Virus record (IMG/VR): IMGVR_UViG_3300009093_000034
Span: 186,001-250,000 of that record
DNA length: 64,000 nt
Strand: one strand, 5' to 3'
Below the pieces are notes generated by a model that searched no databases, had not been told where the DNA came from, and saw nothing but the letters and a program-made list of their open reading frames with translations. Shown here one piece after another: positions 46,739-54,945 of this stretch (within the stretch, counting starts at the first letter, position 1; each line of letters starts with the position of its first letter). The position numbers and the translations under genes are program-made.

Positions 46739-47625
46739 TGTCACATGACACTCACGTAGTAGACGGCATCAATAAAGATGCTTTTTATCTAGATGATGAG
46801 AAGACACTTGTCAAAGCCCAAGAAACCATAGATTACTACAAAGAACTTGCTAAGGGTTGGAAGACTTATCTCCCAGATCCTGTTGTCATGACCCATGACA
46901 ACGTGAGAGTAGTTAGAGATGACTTCATCATCGGAACTAAGGCTAGAGCTGCTGACTTGGTCCTTTCTAGGATTCAAGAGGAAGAAGTGGTTTATTGTCA
47001 ACCTCGAGTTGGTTTGGCTGGAGTCTCTGTCATTGAAGCATCTAAGATTCATGGAAAAAGGGTAACTCTGTTCATGCCTTCTTCTAAGAAGATCTCCTAC
47101 CACCAAGCTTGTACCATTGAGCGTGGAGCAAACCCAATCTTCAAGAGAATCGCTGCCATGCCCAACTTGAATAGAGAAGCAGATATTTACGCCAAAGAAA
47201 ATGGAGCTTACTTCATTCCTCTCGGACTAAAGCATCCTCTTGCTACAGCTGCCATCATGCTTACCGCTCTCCAAATTCCAGAACCTGAAGAGGTCTATGT
47301 TGCAACCTCCACAGGAGTTTTAACCAGAGCTCTTCAGATCGCTTGGCCAAACGCCAAGTTCATCAGCGTAGCTGTAGCTAGAAACATGAAAGCTGGAGAA
47401 CTTGGTCGAGCTCAAGTTATCTCAGAAGCTTTGGACTTCCAGACCCCTGAGAAGAAAGAGAATCTTCCTCCGTTTCCTTCTGTGTCGACCTACGATGCCA
47501 AAGTTTGGAAGTACATTCCAAAAGACGGAAAGGTTGACAGACTCTTTTGGAACGTAGGCCAAGAACCCATCTTGTTTGACCAAACAATTATTGATAGAAC
47601 TTTATCTTACCGAGACTGGAAGTAA
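46738..47625 (+). CDS. PLP-dependent enzyme, fold type II
   Basis: VRDD..IGTKAR (PLP lysine), VATSTGVL, STYDAK, LFWNVG; same class as hypermodification decarboxylases. Confidence 0.75.
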   Translation: MSHDTHVVDGINKDAFYLDDEKTLVKAQETIDYYKELAKGWKTYLPDPVVMTHDNVRVVRDDFIIGTKARAADLVLSRIQEEEVVYCQPRVGLAGVSVIEASKIHGKRVTLFMPSSKKISYHQACTIERGANPIFKRIAAMPNLNREADIYAKENGAYFIPLGLKHPLATAAIMLTALQIPEPEEVYVATSTGVLTRALQIAWPNAKFISVAVARNMKAGELGRAQVISEALDFQTPEKKENLPPFPSVSTYDAKVWKYIPKDGKVDRLFWNVGQEPILFDQTIIDRTLSYRDWK

Positions 47626-47643
47626 GATATTAAAGGAACGAAT

Positions 47644-48687
47644 ATGTCATCACTTTTACTAACACCATTTGCCCCAATGTCCAACAGGATTGGATCTCAC
47701 CGAGCTGCTCAAGGCATGATCTATGCCGATCAGATTCGACGTCTAGTTGATAGAGATCTTGAGATCGAAACTTCTGAAGAGATGAAGGATCTGTCTCAGT
47801 ATGACAAGATCTATGTCTATCACGGAAACGATTGGGGTGGAACCTTGAACCTCTTTGGAGGACTCAAGGAGTACACGGCTACTGACAGGTTTGAGAGACT
47901 TACCCACTACAAGGGAATTGTCTACTCTCTTCAGATCCCTTTCCCTGACTACGCCGGGATGATCAAGGACAGATTAGACAAAGCAACTGCCAAGGGCGAC
48001 AAGGTCCAGGATGGTTGGTTGTCTGCCGACTACGACAACCTTCGTAAGATCCAGACAACCTCGGTTGTGTTGGACATGAAGTTCTTTGAGACCACAGATA
48101 ACTTGGTCATTGGAGACAGCCACGCTATCTCCTTGTATCGTCCTGGTTGGAACGTGAACTCTGTTCCCTTCAAGACTCTTCATGGGGCTCTTGATCTAGG
48201 ACTCAAGAGCTTTTGTGCCCCAGAATCGAGTAAGTATCTTGTCCTAGACGATCTTGACATCTACTTCGGAAACATCGATATCCGTCACCATCTTCTTAGG
48301 CAACCAAATCCTGAAGAAGCCACGAGGAGTTTAGTAGCTCAGTACTTTGAGCAAGCCAATGAACTTCCTGTTCGTCAGGCCAACATTTACGAACCTCTTC
48401 CTATCAACCCTGATTCTAGAAAGGTCCCTCAGACTGGCTGGTACAAAGGTACCCCATTTTTTGGAACGTGGGAAGAGAGAAACAAGATCAGAGACATCTT
48501 CATCGAAGAAGCTAAGGCTCAGACCATCAAGTATGGCCCTAAGGTTCAGTTGAAGAAATGGGCTTCTTACCTTCAGAACGAGAAGGGAGAGCTTGATGAG
48601 AAGTTCATGGAAGTTCCACAATCGGTCCACCTTTCAAGAGCAGCTTATCCTTACTGGCAAATTCCTGTAGATCTTCCTCCTTTCTAA
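47644..48687 (+). CDS. SGNH/GDSL-fold protein
   Basis: IGDSH, FGNID, SVHL blocks. Confidence 0.55.
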   Translation: MSSLLLTPFAPMSNRIGSHRAAQGMIYADQIRRLVDRDLEIETSEEMKDLSQYDKIYVYHGNDWGGTLNLFGGLKEYTATDRFERLTHYKGIVYSLQIPFPDYAGMIKDRLDKATAKGDKVQDGWLSADYDNLRKIQTTSVVLDMKFFETTDNLVIGDSHAISLYRPGWNVNSVPFKTLHGALDLGLKSFCAPESSKYLVLDDLDIYFGNIDIRHHLLRQPNPEEATRSLVAQYFEQANELPVRQANIYEPLPINPDSRKVPQTGWYKGTPFFGTWEERNKIRDIFIEEAKAQTIKYGPKVQLKKWASYLQNEKGELDEKFMEVPQSVHLSRAAYPYWQIPVDLPPF

Positions 48688-48712
48688 ATTTTTTAGAAAA
48701 ACTATAAACTCG

Positions 48713-48721
48713 TGAGATATT
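48713..48721 (+). promoter_or_regulatory. TGAGATATT promoter motif
   Basis: Followed by AAGGAGG SD and ATG 48750. Confidence 0.7.
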
Positions 48722-48749
48722 GTACCAGCCCAAAGGAGGTTGGCACAGT

Positions 48750-49265
48750 ATGACGGCTCAATGGATTCTTCTAACAGCTCTCATGCATGGCCAACCTTCA
48801 CTCCCTCAAGTGGCCATGGTTCAGTACAGTTACGAACCGATGGTTTACTTGATCGCTGATGCTTTTCTGGTTCCCAGAGACATCGCGATGAGCGTGGGTT
48901 ACAACGAGAGCACCTTCCGTCCTTGGAAGATCACTAAGAGTGGAAAGGACCATAAAGGTCGTTCCCGTGGTCTTTACCAGATCGACAAGAGCAACGAAAA
49001 AGAACTTGTTGAAAAGTCTGGTCTGAACCATAAGTTTCGTTGGAACAACGCTTACGATTCGGCCTATGTCGGGATCGCTTACTTATCCAGACTTCACAAG
49101 CAGTTTGGAAACTGGATCTTGGCTGTCGCTGCTTACAACGCGGGACCCGGCGCCATCACTAAAGCTCTCAAGACTGGAAAGCGCTGGCCCAAAGAAACTC
49201 AGGTCTACGTAAAGAGAATCTTCGGTGATGATCTTGCTCTTGCCTTTCTGAGATATTATAGTTGA
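48750..49265 (+). CDS. Lytic transglycosylase (SLT domain)
   Basis: NES, GLYQI, YLSRL..FG.W.LAVAAYNAG, ETQ.YV motifs; hydrophobic N-terminus. Confidence 0.9.
   Translation: MTAQWILLTALMHGQPSLPQVAMVQYSYEPMVYLIADAFLVPRDIAMSVGYNESTFRPWKITKSGKDHKGRSRGLYQIDKSNEKELVEKSGLNHKFRWNNAYDSAYVGIAYLSRLHKQFGNWILAVAAYNAGPGAITKALKTGKRWPKETQVYVKRIFGDDLALAFLRYYS
49249..49257 (+). promoter_or_regulatory. TGAGATATT promoter motif
   Basis: Followed by GAGGAG SD and ATG 49276. Confidence 0.65.
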
Positions 49266-49275
49266 GGAGACACAG

Positions 49276-49401
49276 ATGAAAGCCAGGTACATCGTTCTTT
49301 ACGGACTTTTTGCACTTGAGATTCTCATGTTTCTCTTTGGGTTCAAGCTTGAACTTGGTCTCTTTCCTTTGAAATTTCATTTTGCTCTAGGACCCTTCTA
49401 G
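49276..49401 (+). CDS. 41-aa hydrophobic peptide (not in ORF track)
   Basis: MKARYIVLYGLFALEILMFLFGFKLELGLFPLKFHFALGPF; strong SD and promoter motif. Confidence 0.55.
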   Translation: MKARYIVLYGLFALEILMFLFGFKLELGLFPLKFHFALGPF

Positions 49402-49423
49402 AGAAATCTACTGATAAACCACC

Positions 49424-49747
49424 ATGAAGATTATACCATGCCCGCATAAAGCGGGAGACGTTGTTGTTTTACTTCCTCCTTCCAATGTTTCTATCTACCC
49501 TAACTGGCTCTTGCCATATGTAGGGAAAGTAACCTTTGTTGCTGCGATAGCAGAGAACAGTCAAAGAAACGCCTTCATGTCAGAAGACCTAACAACCGGA
49601 ACTTACTCGGCTGTAAGAGTCCCGTACTCTGATGAGTGGATGAACCCGTTCAGGTTTGTTCCTTATGATCCTCCTAAGAAAGAGGAAAGGATCTTGGAGT
49701 ACATCGAGAACTTTGACGCTGAAAAGATCTACGACTATGCACACTAA
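49424..49747 (+). CDS. Hypothetical protein
   Basis: 107 aa ORF. Confidence 0.55.
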   Translation: MKIIPCPHKAGDVVVLLPPSNVSIYPNWLLPYVGKVTFVAAIAENSQRNAFMSEDLTTGTYSAVRVPYSDEWMNPFRFVPYDPPKKEERILEYIENFDAEKIYDYAH

Positions 49748-49985
49748 CCATAGAAGACACTTTGTTGCCACTTACTACGGCGGTCAACGTCGGATGGTTT
49801 GGGACAGAACCTTAATAGACAAAGATCTCGATATCTCCCTTCATGCATTTGTTGGGAACGATTTTACTGACGGACACAGAGGAGAAGCTAGAGCTCACAA
49901 AGGAGCTAAAAAATTTCTTAACTCTCGTCATAGAGCAAAATCTAAAGAAAAGATCCAGGAGATTTTGATTCAAGAAGGAGTTTAA
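49737..49985 (+). CDS. Hypothetical protein
   Basis: Start re-assigned; basic. Confidence 0.5.
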   Translation: MHTNHRRHFVATYYGGQRRMVWDRTLIDKDLDISLHAFVGNDFTDGHRGEARAHKGAKKFLNSRHRAKSKEKIQEILIQEGV

Positions 49986-49986
49986 T

Positions 49987-50322
49987 GTGCCAGACCTTAG
50001 TCAGACCCACTTTGCTAAACGCTTTCAAGAACGGTACCATGAAAGGTTCACTTTTCAAACCAAAACAGAACTTCTTAGGAAGATGAAAGATCCTACGACC
50101 AAAACTTGGCCTAAGGCTCAGAAGGTCTATGGAGACGGAAAACTTCACACTCAGCATGTTTTCATGTTCGAATGGAACGAAGAAAAAACGATTCTTGTAG
50201 TAGATGATCTGGGACATTTTGTCTCTATCTATCCTTATGAACCCTGGAAGAAGGGTGAACGTCAAGCTCGTAGAGAGGCAGGAACATGGCAACCCCCAGA
50301 CGGAAGCATCGAACTATTGTAG
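49987..50322 (+). CDS. Hypothetical protein
   Basis: AAGGAG SD; HF..RFQERY pattern. Confidence 0.55.
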   Translation: MPDLSQTHFAKRFQERYHERFTFQTKTELLRKMKDPTTKTWPKAQKVYGDGKLHTQHVFMFEWNEEKTILVVDDLGHFVSIYPYEPWKKGERQARREAGTWQPPDGSIELL

Positions 50323-50522
50323 TCGGAGGTAAGACCTACCGATACTTGATAGGGCGGTCCAACGTTTCTATCCGAAACGAAGACAACACTCGGTTTGATG
50401 TTGTGGACTTCTCGTGGCTCATGCATACCAGTTGGTCCAACATCGAAAGAGCTCAGTGGAAAAGATACTTCCACATCACACCGAGAGATATAGCTTTGTT
50501 CATCTCAGCTTACCAAAAGTAA
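50286..50522 (+). CDS. Hypothetical protein
   Basis: R.IVVGG..YRY.IG...ITPRDI. Confidence 0.55.
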   Translation: MATPRRKHRTIVVGGKTYRYLIGRSNVSIRNEDNTRFDVVDFSWLMHTSWSNIERAQWKRYFHITPRDIALFISAYQK

Positions 50523-50536
50523 GTTATACTAGTATC

Positions 50537-50782
50537 ATGTTTTCACTCGGATGGTCCTACGAAGCAAGGTCTATTACATTTTCTTTAGACAAGAATGTTA
50601 CGATACACGAATCTGTCAAACAAGAGTTCGAAGTTTTCATAGAGAGTATCTTTGTCAACATGTATGGGAAAGCCATGACAGAGACCTTACGACATCAAAC
50701 AACGAATCAGATAGAGTCTAAGTTATTGTACCTGAAAAGTCAAAACCTAGTGACTATTGATGATCTTCAACTAGCTCACTAA
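50537..50782 (+). CDS. Hypothetical protein (leaderless start)
   Basis: TATACT 6 nt upstream of ATG. Confidence 0.5.
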   Translation: MFSLGWSYEARSITFSLDKNVTIHESVKQEFEVFIESIFVNMYGKAMTETLRHQTTNQIESKLLYLKSQNLVTIDDLQLAH

Positions 50783-50794
50783 CTACAACATCGG

Positions 50795-50824
50795 TAGGAA
50801 TCTCACGGAGAGATTCTGAAAGGA
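50795..50824 (+). promoter_or_regulatory. Leader hairpin copy 1 (GGA loop) before NadM-Nudix
   Basis: TAG-GAATCTC-ACGGA-GAGATTC-TGAAAGGA. Confidence 0.6.
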
Positions 50825-50831
50825 CAACATC

Positions 50832-51905
50832 GTGGATAAGGAATTCACACTAGCAGTTTTTATCTGCCGGGCTCAGCCTTTTCATAAGGCTCATTACGCT
50901 GCTCTTCTCCATGCAGCAAAATATGCTACTCGTTTACTCATCCTAGTAGGAAGTGCAACTAGTGGTCGTAGCACAAGAAATTCTTGGACATATGAAGAAC
51001 GCGTTCGCTTCATTAAAGAATACATCATGTCTAAGGATGAGAGACTCGATTACTCTCACAAGATCGAAATCCGCCCTATCGCAGATAGTGCCTATGATTT
51101 CCATGATTGGCTATTCAGAGCCAAGAAAATCATCCAAGAAACCCAATTCGTAGATCTCCCTCAGGGACAACACAAGATAGCCATCATCCGTCACTACAAA
51201 GACGACACGAGCTACTATCTCAACTACTTCCCAGAATACCAGACCATAGAAACTCCCACGTACGATGATGGGTTTGGAGCTACACAGATCCGTGAAGCTT
51301 ACTTTAGCATAGAGTATGGCGTTGACGGATTTATGTCAAGAATAGCTCTTGAAAAAGAATATCCTTATCTTAAGACGTGGCGAGAAGCCAACAAAGAAAT
51401 TTTCCTCCAACTTCAGCGAGAGTTCGCCTTTGTCAAGGCTTACAAGAAGAGCTGGGAAGGAACTCCCTATCCTGTCAACTTCAGTACCTGCGATGCAGTC
51501 TGTGTCTGCTTGGGTCATGTTCTCTTGATCAAGAGAGGAAGGAATCCTGGAAAAGACCAGCTAGCTTTGCCTGGTGGTTTTTTGAACTTGGATGAGACCT
51601 TTCAGCAAGGCGCTATTCGTGAGCTCCGTGAAGAAACTCACATTGGCCTTTCTGTTCAAACTCTAGAAACTACCATCGCCAATCAACACATCTTCGACCA
51701 TCCTCTTCGTGATCCTCGTGGTCGTTTCATCACCAATGCTTTTCTCTTTGACCTTAAGAAAGAAAAGAGTCTTCCTGAGATAAAAGCAGACGATGATGCT
51801 TCGGAAGCCCTTTGGCTTCCTCTTCAGGATCTTGAGAAGAGAGAAAATGAATTTTTCGCTGACCACGCTCAGATCATCAAGTGGTTCAGGAACAGGATGC
51901 GCTAA
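50832..51905 (+). CDS. Bifunctional NMN/NaMN adenylyltransferase - Nudix ADP-ribose pyrophosphatase (NadM-Nudix)
   Basis: RAQPFHKAH, VGSA, GATQIR; Nudix box GGF...ET....A.RELREET, RDPRGR, ADDDA. Confidence 0.93.
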   Translation: MDKEFTLAVFICRAQPFHKAHYAALLHAAKYATRLLILVGSATSGRSTRNSWTYEERVRFIKEYIMSKDERLDYSHKIEIRPIADSAYDFHDWLFRAKKIIQETQFVDLPQGQHKIAIIRHYKDDTSYYLNYFPEYQTIETPTYDDGFGATQIREAYFSIEYGVDGFMSRIALEKEYPYLKTWREANKEIFLQLQREFAFVKAYKKSWEGTPYPVNFSTCDAVCVCLGHVLLIKRGRNPGKDQLALPGGFLNLDETFQQGAIRELREETHIGLSVQTLETTIANQHIFDHPLRDPRGRFITNAFLFDLKKEKSLPEIKADDDASEALWLPLQDLEKRENEFFADHAQIIKWFRNRMR

Positions 51906-52151
51906 ATGCCAAAACTAGTTCAAGAGCCTTTGATCACATACAAGTGTCAGTGTGGAGCAACTTCTTCAGCAGAGCCTGAAGAGTTCAAAGCCAAGAACAC
52001 TATGCCACCAACTTGGGTCATCAAGTGCGCTTATTGTAACCTTGACGTAGTTTGTTCCCCTAGCGCTATGATCAGTCGTCAAGTTGGATCAATGTCAGAT
52101 CGTGAAGTTCACGGTTACCTAGTCGATAGACTTAGTTTACTTAGAAAATAG
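51906..52151 (+). CDS. Small Zn-ribbon protein
   Basis: CQCG...CAYC. Confidence 0.6.
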   Translation: MPKLVQEPLITYKCQCGATSSAEPEEFKAKNTMPPTWVIKCAYCNLDVVCSPSAMISRQVGSMSDREVHGYLVDRLSLLRK

Positions 52152-52174
52152 ATCACGTTGTGATCTTAGAAATT

Positions 52175-52203
52175 TAGGTCCTCAATGGAGAGGACTGAAA
52201 GGA
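52175..52203 (+). promoter_or_regulatory. Leader hairpin copy 2 (GGA loop) before pncA
   Basis: TAG-GTCCTC-AATGGA-GAGGAC-TGAAAGGA. Confidence 0.6.
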
Positions 52204-52210
52204 GAAAAGA

Positions 52211-53014
52211 ATGATTCGCACAGCACTCGTAATCATCGATCCTCAGAACGACTTCGTTTTGACCGATCAAGATGGTGCTGCTCTTCCTGTTCCAGGAGCT
52301 AAGGCAGACATGGACCGCCTCAGCGACTTTATCAGGAAGAACATCACCAAGTTCAATGAGATTCAGGTCACCCTGGACTCTCACCACCAGTTCCAGATCT
52401 TCCATCCTATGTATTGGACGGATGGAAAGGGTAAGCAGCCGAAGCCTTTCGATAGGATCACGGCCGACGACATTGAGAAGGGAGTTTGGACCACCAAGGT
52501 TCCTTCCCACCGTCAGAGAGCTCTTGAGTACGTCAAGGCTCTGGAGACCGGAGGACGTTATGTCCTCATCATCTGGCCTTACCACTGTCTGATCGGCAGT
52601 TGGGGCGGACAGATCTACGAGCCTCTCTTCAAGACCCTTCTTGATTGGGAGACCACCAACATCGGTATGTTCGGAAAGGTGACCAAGGGTTCCAATCTGT
52701 TCACCGAGCACTACTCGGCTGTCAAGGCTGAAGTTCCGGATCCTCAGGATCCCACAACTCAGTTGAACCAGGACTTCATCGACATTCTGGCAAACCCGGA
52801 CATCGATCAGGTTCTCGTCGCTGGTGAAGCTTTGGACTTCTGTCTTTACAACTCGGCTCTCGACGTGGCCAACGCCCTTGGTGTTGATCAGGCCAAGAAG
52901 ATCAAGGTTCTTGAGGACTGCACAAGTCCCATCTACCCTGATGCTGTGGCTCGTGTCAAGGCAGATCTCGGAGCCAAGGGTGTTCAGTTCATCACCACGG
53001 CTACCGCGTTCTAA
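52211..53014 (+). CDS. pncA: Nicotinamidase (isochorismatase family)
   Basis: IIDPQNDF, LPVPGA, TLDSH, WPYHC, KG, GEALDFC. Confidence 0.9.
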   Translation: MIRTALVIIDPQNDFVLTDQDGAALPVPGAKADMDRLSDFIRKNITKFNEIQVTLDSHHQFQIFHPMYWTDGKGKQPKPFDRITADDIEKGVWTTKVPSHRQRALEYVKALETGGRYVLIIWPYHCLIGSWGGQIYEPLFKTLLDWETTNIGMFGKVTKGSNLFTEHYSAVKAEVPDPQDPTTQLNQDFIDILANPDIDQVLVAGEALDFCLYNSALDVANALGVDQAKKIKVLEDCTSPIYPDAVARVKADLGAKGVQFITTATAF

Positions 53015-53028
53015 AAGGAAGGTTCAAC

Positions 53029-53775
53029 ATGCCTATTTTCAACACTGTTGACGATACTGTCAACGCAAAGATCGGCGGCTCGAACTTCGGATTCTCTCAC
53101 ATCAAGGTGGAGCGTCTGAAGGCCAACGAGTACACCTTGGTCACCATTGCCATTGACATCTCGGGTTCGATCTCTGGGTATCAGTCCCAGTTGGCTCAGA
53201 TGCTCAACACGATTGTCGACGCTTGCCGACCTCCGAAGAACCCTCGAGGAGACAATCTGCTGCTTCGCGTGATCGTGTTCAACGACTACGTCAAGGAAGT
53301 TCACGGCTTCTTGCCTGTGACTTCCATCCAGCAGTACGACGACTCCGATCTTCACACCGGAGGCGGAACAGCTCTCATCGACTCTTTGTACTCGGCCATC
53401 GCCAGTACCAAGACCTACGGTGAAGACCTGGTTGACCAGGACTACGACGTCAACGCCGTTACCTTCGTTGCTACCGACGGACAGGACAATGCTTCGAGCT
53501 ACACCTTGGCTAAGGTCAAGGCTGAACTTGAGGCTGTTGCTACCGAAGAAAAGCTCGACAGCTACCAGACGGTTTTGATTGGTCTTGGTTCCAACCTTGA
53601 TCACTACTTGACCAGAGTGAAGGATGATGGAGGACTGTCTCAGGTGGTTCTCCTTGGAGACGTCACGACTGGAAAGCTTGGAAAGCTTGCTGGTTTCATC
53701 AGCAAGTCCATCTCGAGTTCGTCACAGAGCCTCGGCACTGGAGCTCCTGCCCCGGCTGCTTCGATGGTGTTCTAA
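53029..53775 (+). CDS. vWA domain protein (TerY-like)
   Basis: DISGS MIDAS, GGTAL.D, TDGQDNAS; ISKSISSSSQS C-terminus. Confidence 0.85.
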   Translation: MPIFNTVDDTVNAKIGGSNFGFSHIKVERLKANEYTLVTIAIDISGSISGYQSQLAQMLNTIVDACRPPKNPRGDNLLLRVIVFNDYVKEVHGFLPVTSIQQYDDSDLHTGGGTALIDSLYSAIASTKTYGEDLVDQDYDVNAVTFVATDGQDNASSYTLAKVKAELEAVATEEKLDSYQTVLIGLGSNLDHYLTRVKDDGGLSQVVLLGDVTTGKLGKLAGFISKSISSSSQSLGTGAPAPAASMVF

Positions 53776-53791
53776 GAGTTCTTTGAAGTCT

Positions 53792-53819
53792 TTCCCCTGT
53801 GAAAACAGGGGAACTTCTT
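53792..53819 (+). terminator. Hairpin/terminator after pncA-vWA
   Basis: TTCCCCTGT-GAAA-ACAGGGGAA then CTTCTT. Confidence 0.65.
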
Positions 53820-53831
53820 GAGGGAATTAAA

Positions 53832-54233
53832 ATGACACGATTTGAAGAGCTATCTAAGCAGATCGAAGATCTTCTTGAAAAGAGAGATCAAGACTTGGAA
53901 AAACTCCATAAAGATAGTCCTAACCACTCGTTTGACGACTATCGAAAAACGATTTCTCCTTACATCAAGTTGCTCAAACCATTGAGCATGGAAAAGAGAT
54001 TCGAACAGACTCCTCATTTCACAGAACTTCCTGACTACGGCGATCACATGACCTTTGAACAATTCAAGGCCGCATGTGACGCTGGCGGTTTTGTTGACGA
54101 CGATGGAAGTGGTTTCTATGCCACAGCTACCAACGAAGCAGATATTCCAATCTACCCTAGCGATTTTAAGTACTCGTTCGGGGAGAAGTGGATCAGAAAA
54201 GATTTTACTCATGTTGTTTGGTACAACAAGTAG
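53832..54233 (+). CDS. Hypothetical protein
   Basis: YGDHMT..F...C..G.F.D.DG.G.YA...HVVWYNK. Confidence 0.65.
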   Translation: MTRFEELSKQIEDLLEKRDQDLEKLHKDSPNHSFDDYRKTISPYIKLLKPLSMEKRFEQTPHFTELPDYGDHMTFEQFKAACDAGGFVDDDGSGFYATATNEADIPIYPSDFKYSFGEKWIRKDFTHVVWYNK

Positions 54234-54241
54234 GAAAGAAA

Positions 54242-54493
54242 ATGATTGTGATCAAGCTTACAGAAGATGAAGCTGCTCGGTTAGTTTACTCTTTAGAAGA
54301 TGGAACTGCCAAGCGTATGGAAGGCGGACACTTGACGAACATGGATGTTGTCGTGCCTTTTGCTCAAAAGATCTCTGAGCTAACTGGAAGACATCAAGAT
54401 CTAAAATACTTAGACCAACTTAAGAAACATGAAAATGGATTCATGTTTGCATTTGGTGGTCCAAGAAATTTAGACATCCAGAAAACGGAATAA
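54242..54493 (+). CDS. Hypothetical protein
   Basis: AGGA SD; start re-assigned. Confidence 0.5.
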   Translation: MIVIKLTEDEAARLVYSLEDGTAKRMEGGHLTNMDVVVPFAQKISELTGRHQDLKYLDQLKKHENGFMFAFGGPRNLDIQKTE

Positions 54494-54663
54494 TAAAATG
54501 AAGATTCAATACCTAGCTTGGCTCTCCTCTGAAGGTGAGAGACGACATAAGAATGAGAAAGGTGTTCTTTGGGCCGGAATGGTTCGTAACCTTCCTGAAC
54601 AGTACAAGCATCTTCTTGATGCCAAAGACACACGTCAGTATGCTATTGTTTGGGACTTAGATC

Positions 54664-54945
54664 ATGTTCAGTAAAGGTACCAAGGTCAAGCTCAAGCCTT
54701 TTTGGCATGCCAATTCTCCTGAGATGTCTAAGTGGATGAAAGACCATGAGCATGATGTCTTCACAGTCAAGAACAGCTGGAGTCTTTTGATCCAACTTGA
54801 AGGTGTTGATTTTAGCATCTCAGCCATTTTGTTGGACGAGGTTCACATAGAAGAACCTAAGGTCAAAGACATTTACGAAAATAGTCTCTATCCCCATGCT
54901 CTCTTGGATAGAGACTACTTAGAAAGGAGACAAGCAAATGGGTAA
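54664..54945 (+). CDS. Hypothetical protein
   Basis: F.KG.KVKL SH3/KOW-like N-terminus. Confidence 0.55.
   Translation: MFSKGTKVKLKPFWHANSPEMSKWMKDHEHDVFTVKNSWSLLIQLEGVDFSISAILLDEVHIEEPKVKDIYENSLYPHALLDRDYLERRQANG

Noticed and set aside
50785-50832. 9-bp direct repeat ACAACATCG flanking the leader hairpin, as a target-site duplication
   Set aside because: Only 30 nt are enclosed, there is no mobile-element gene, and the second hairpin copy lacks the repeat
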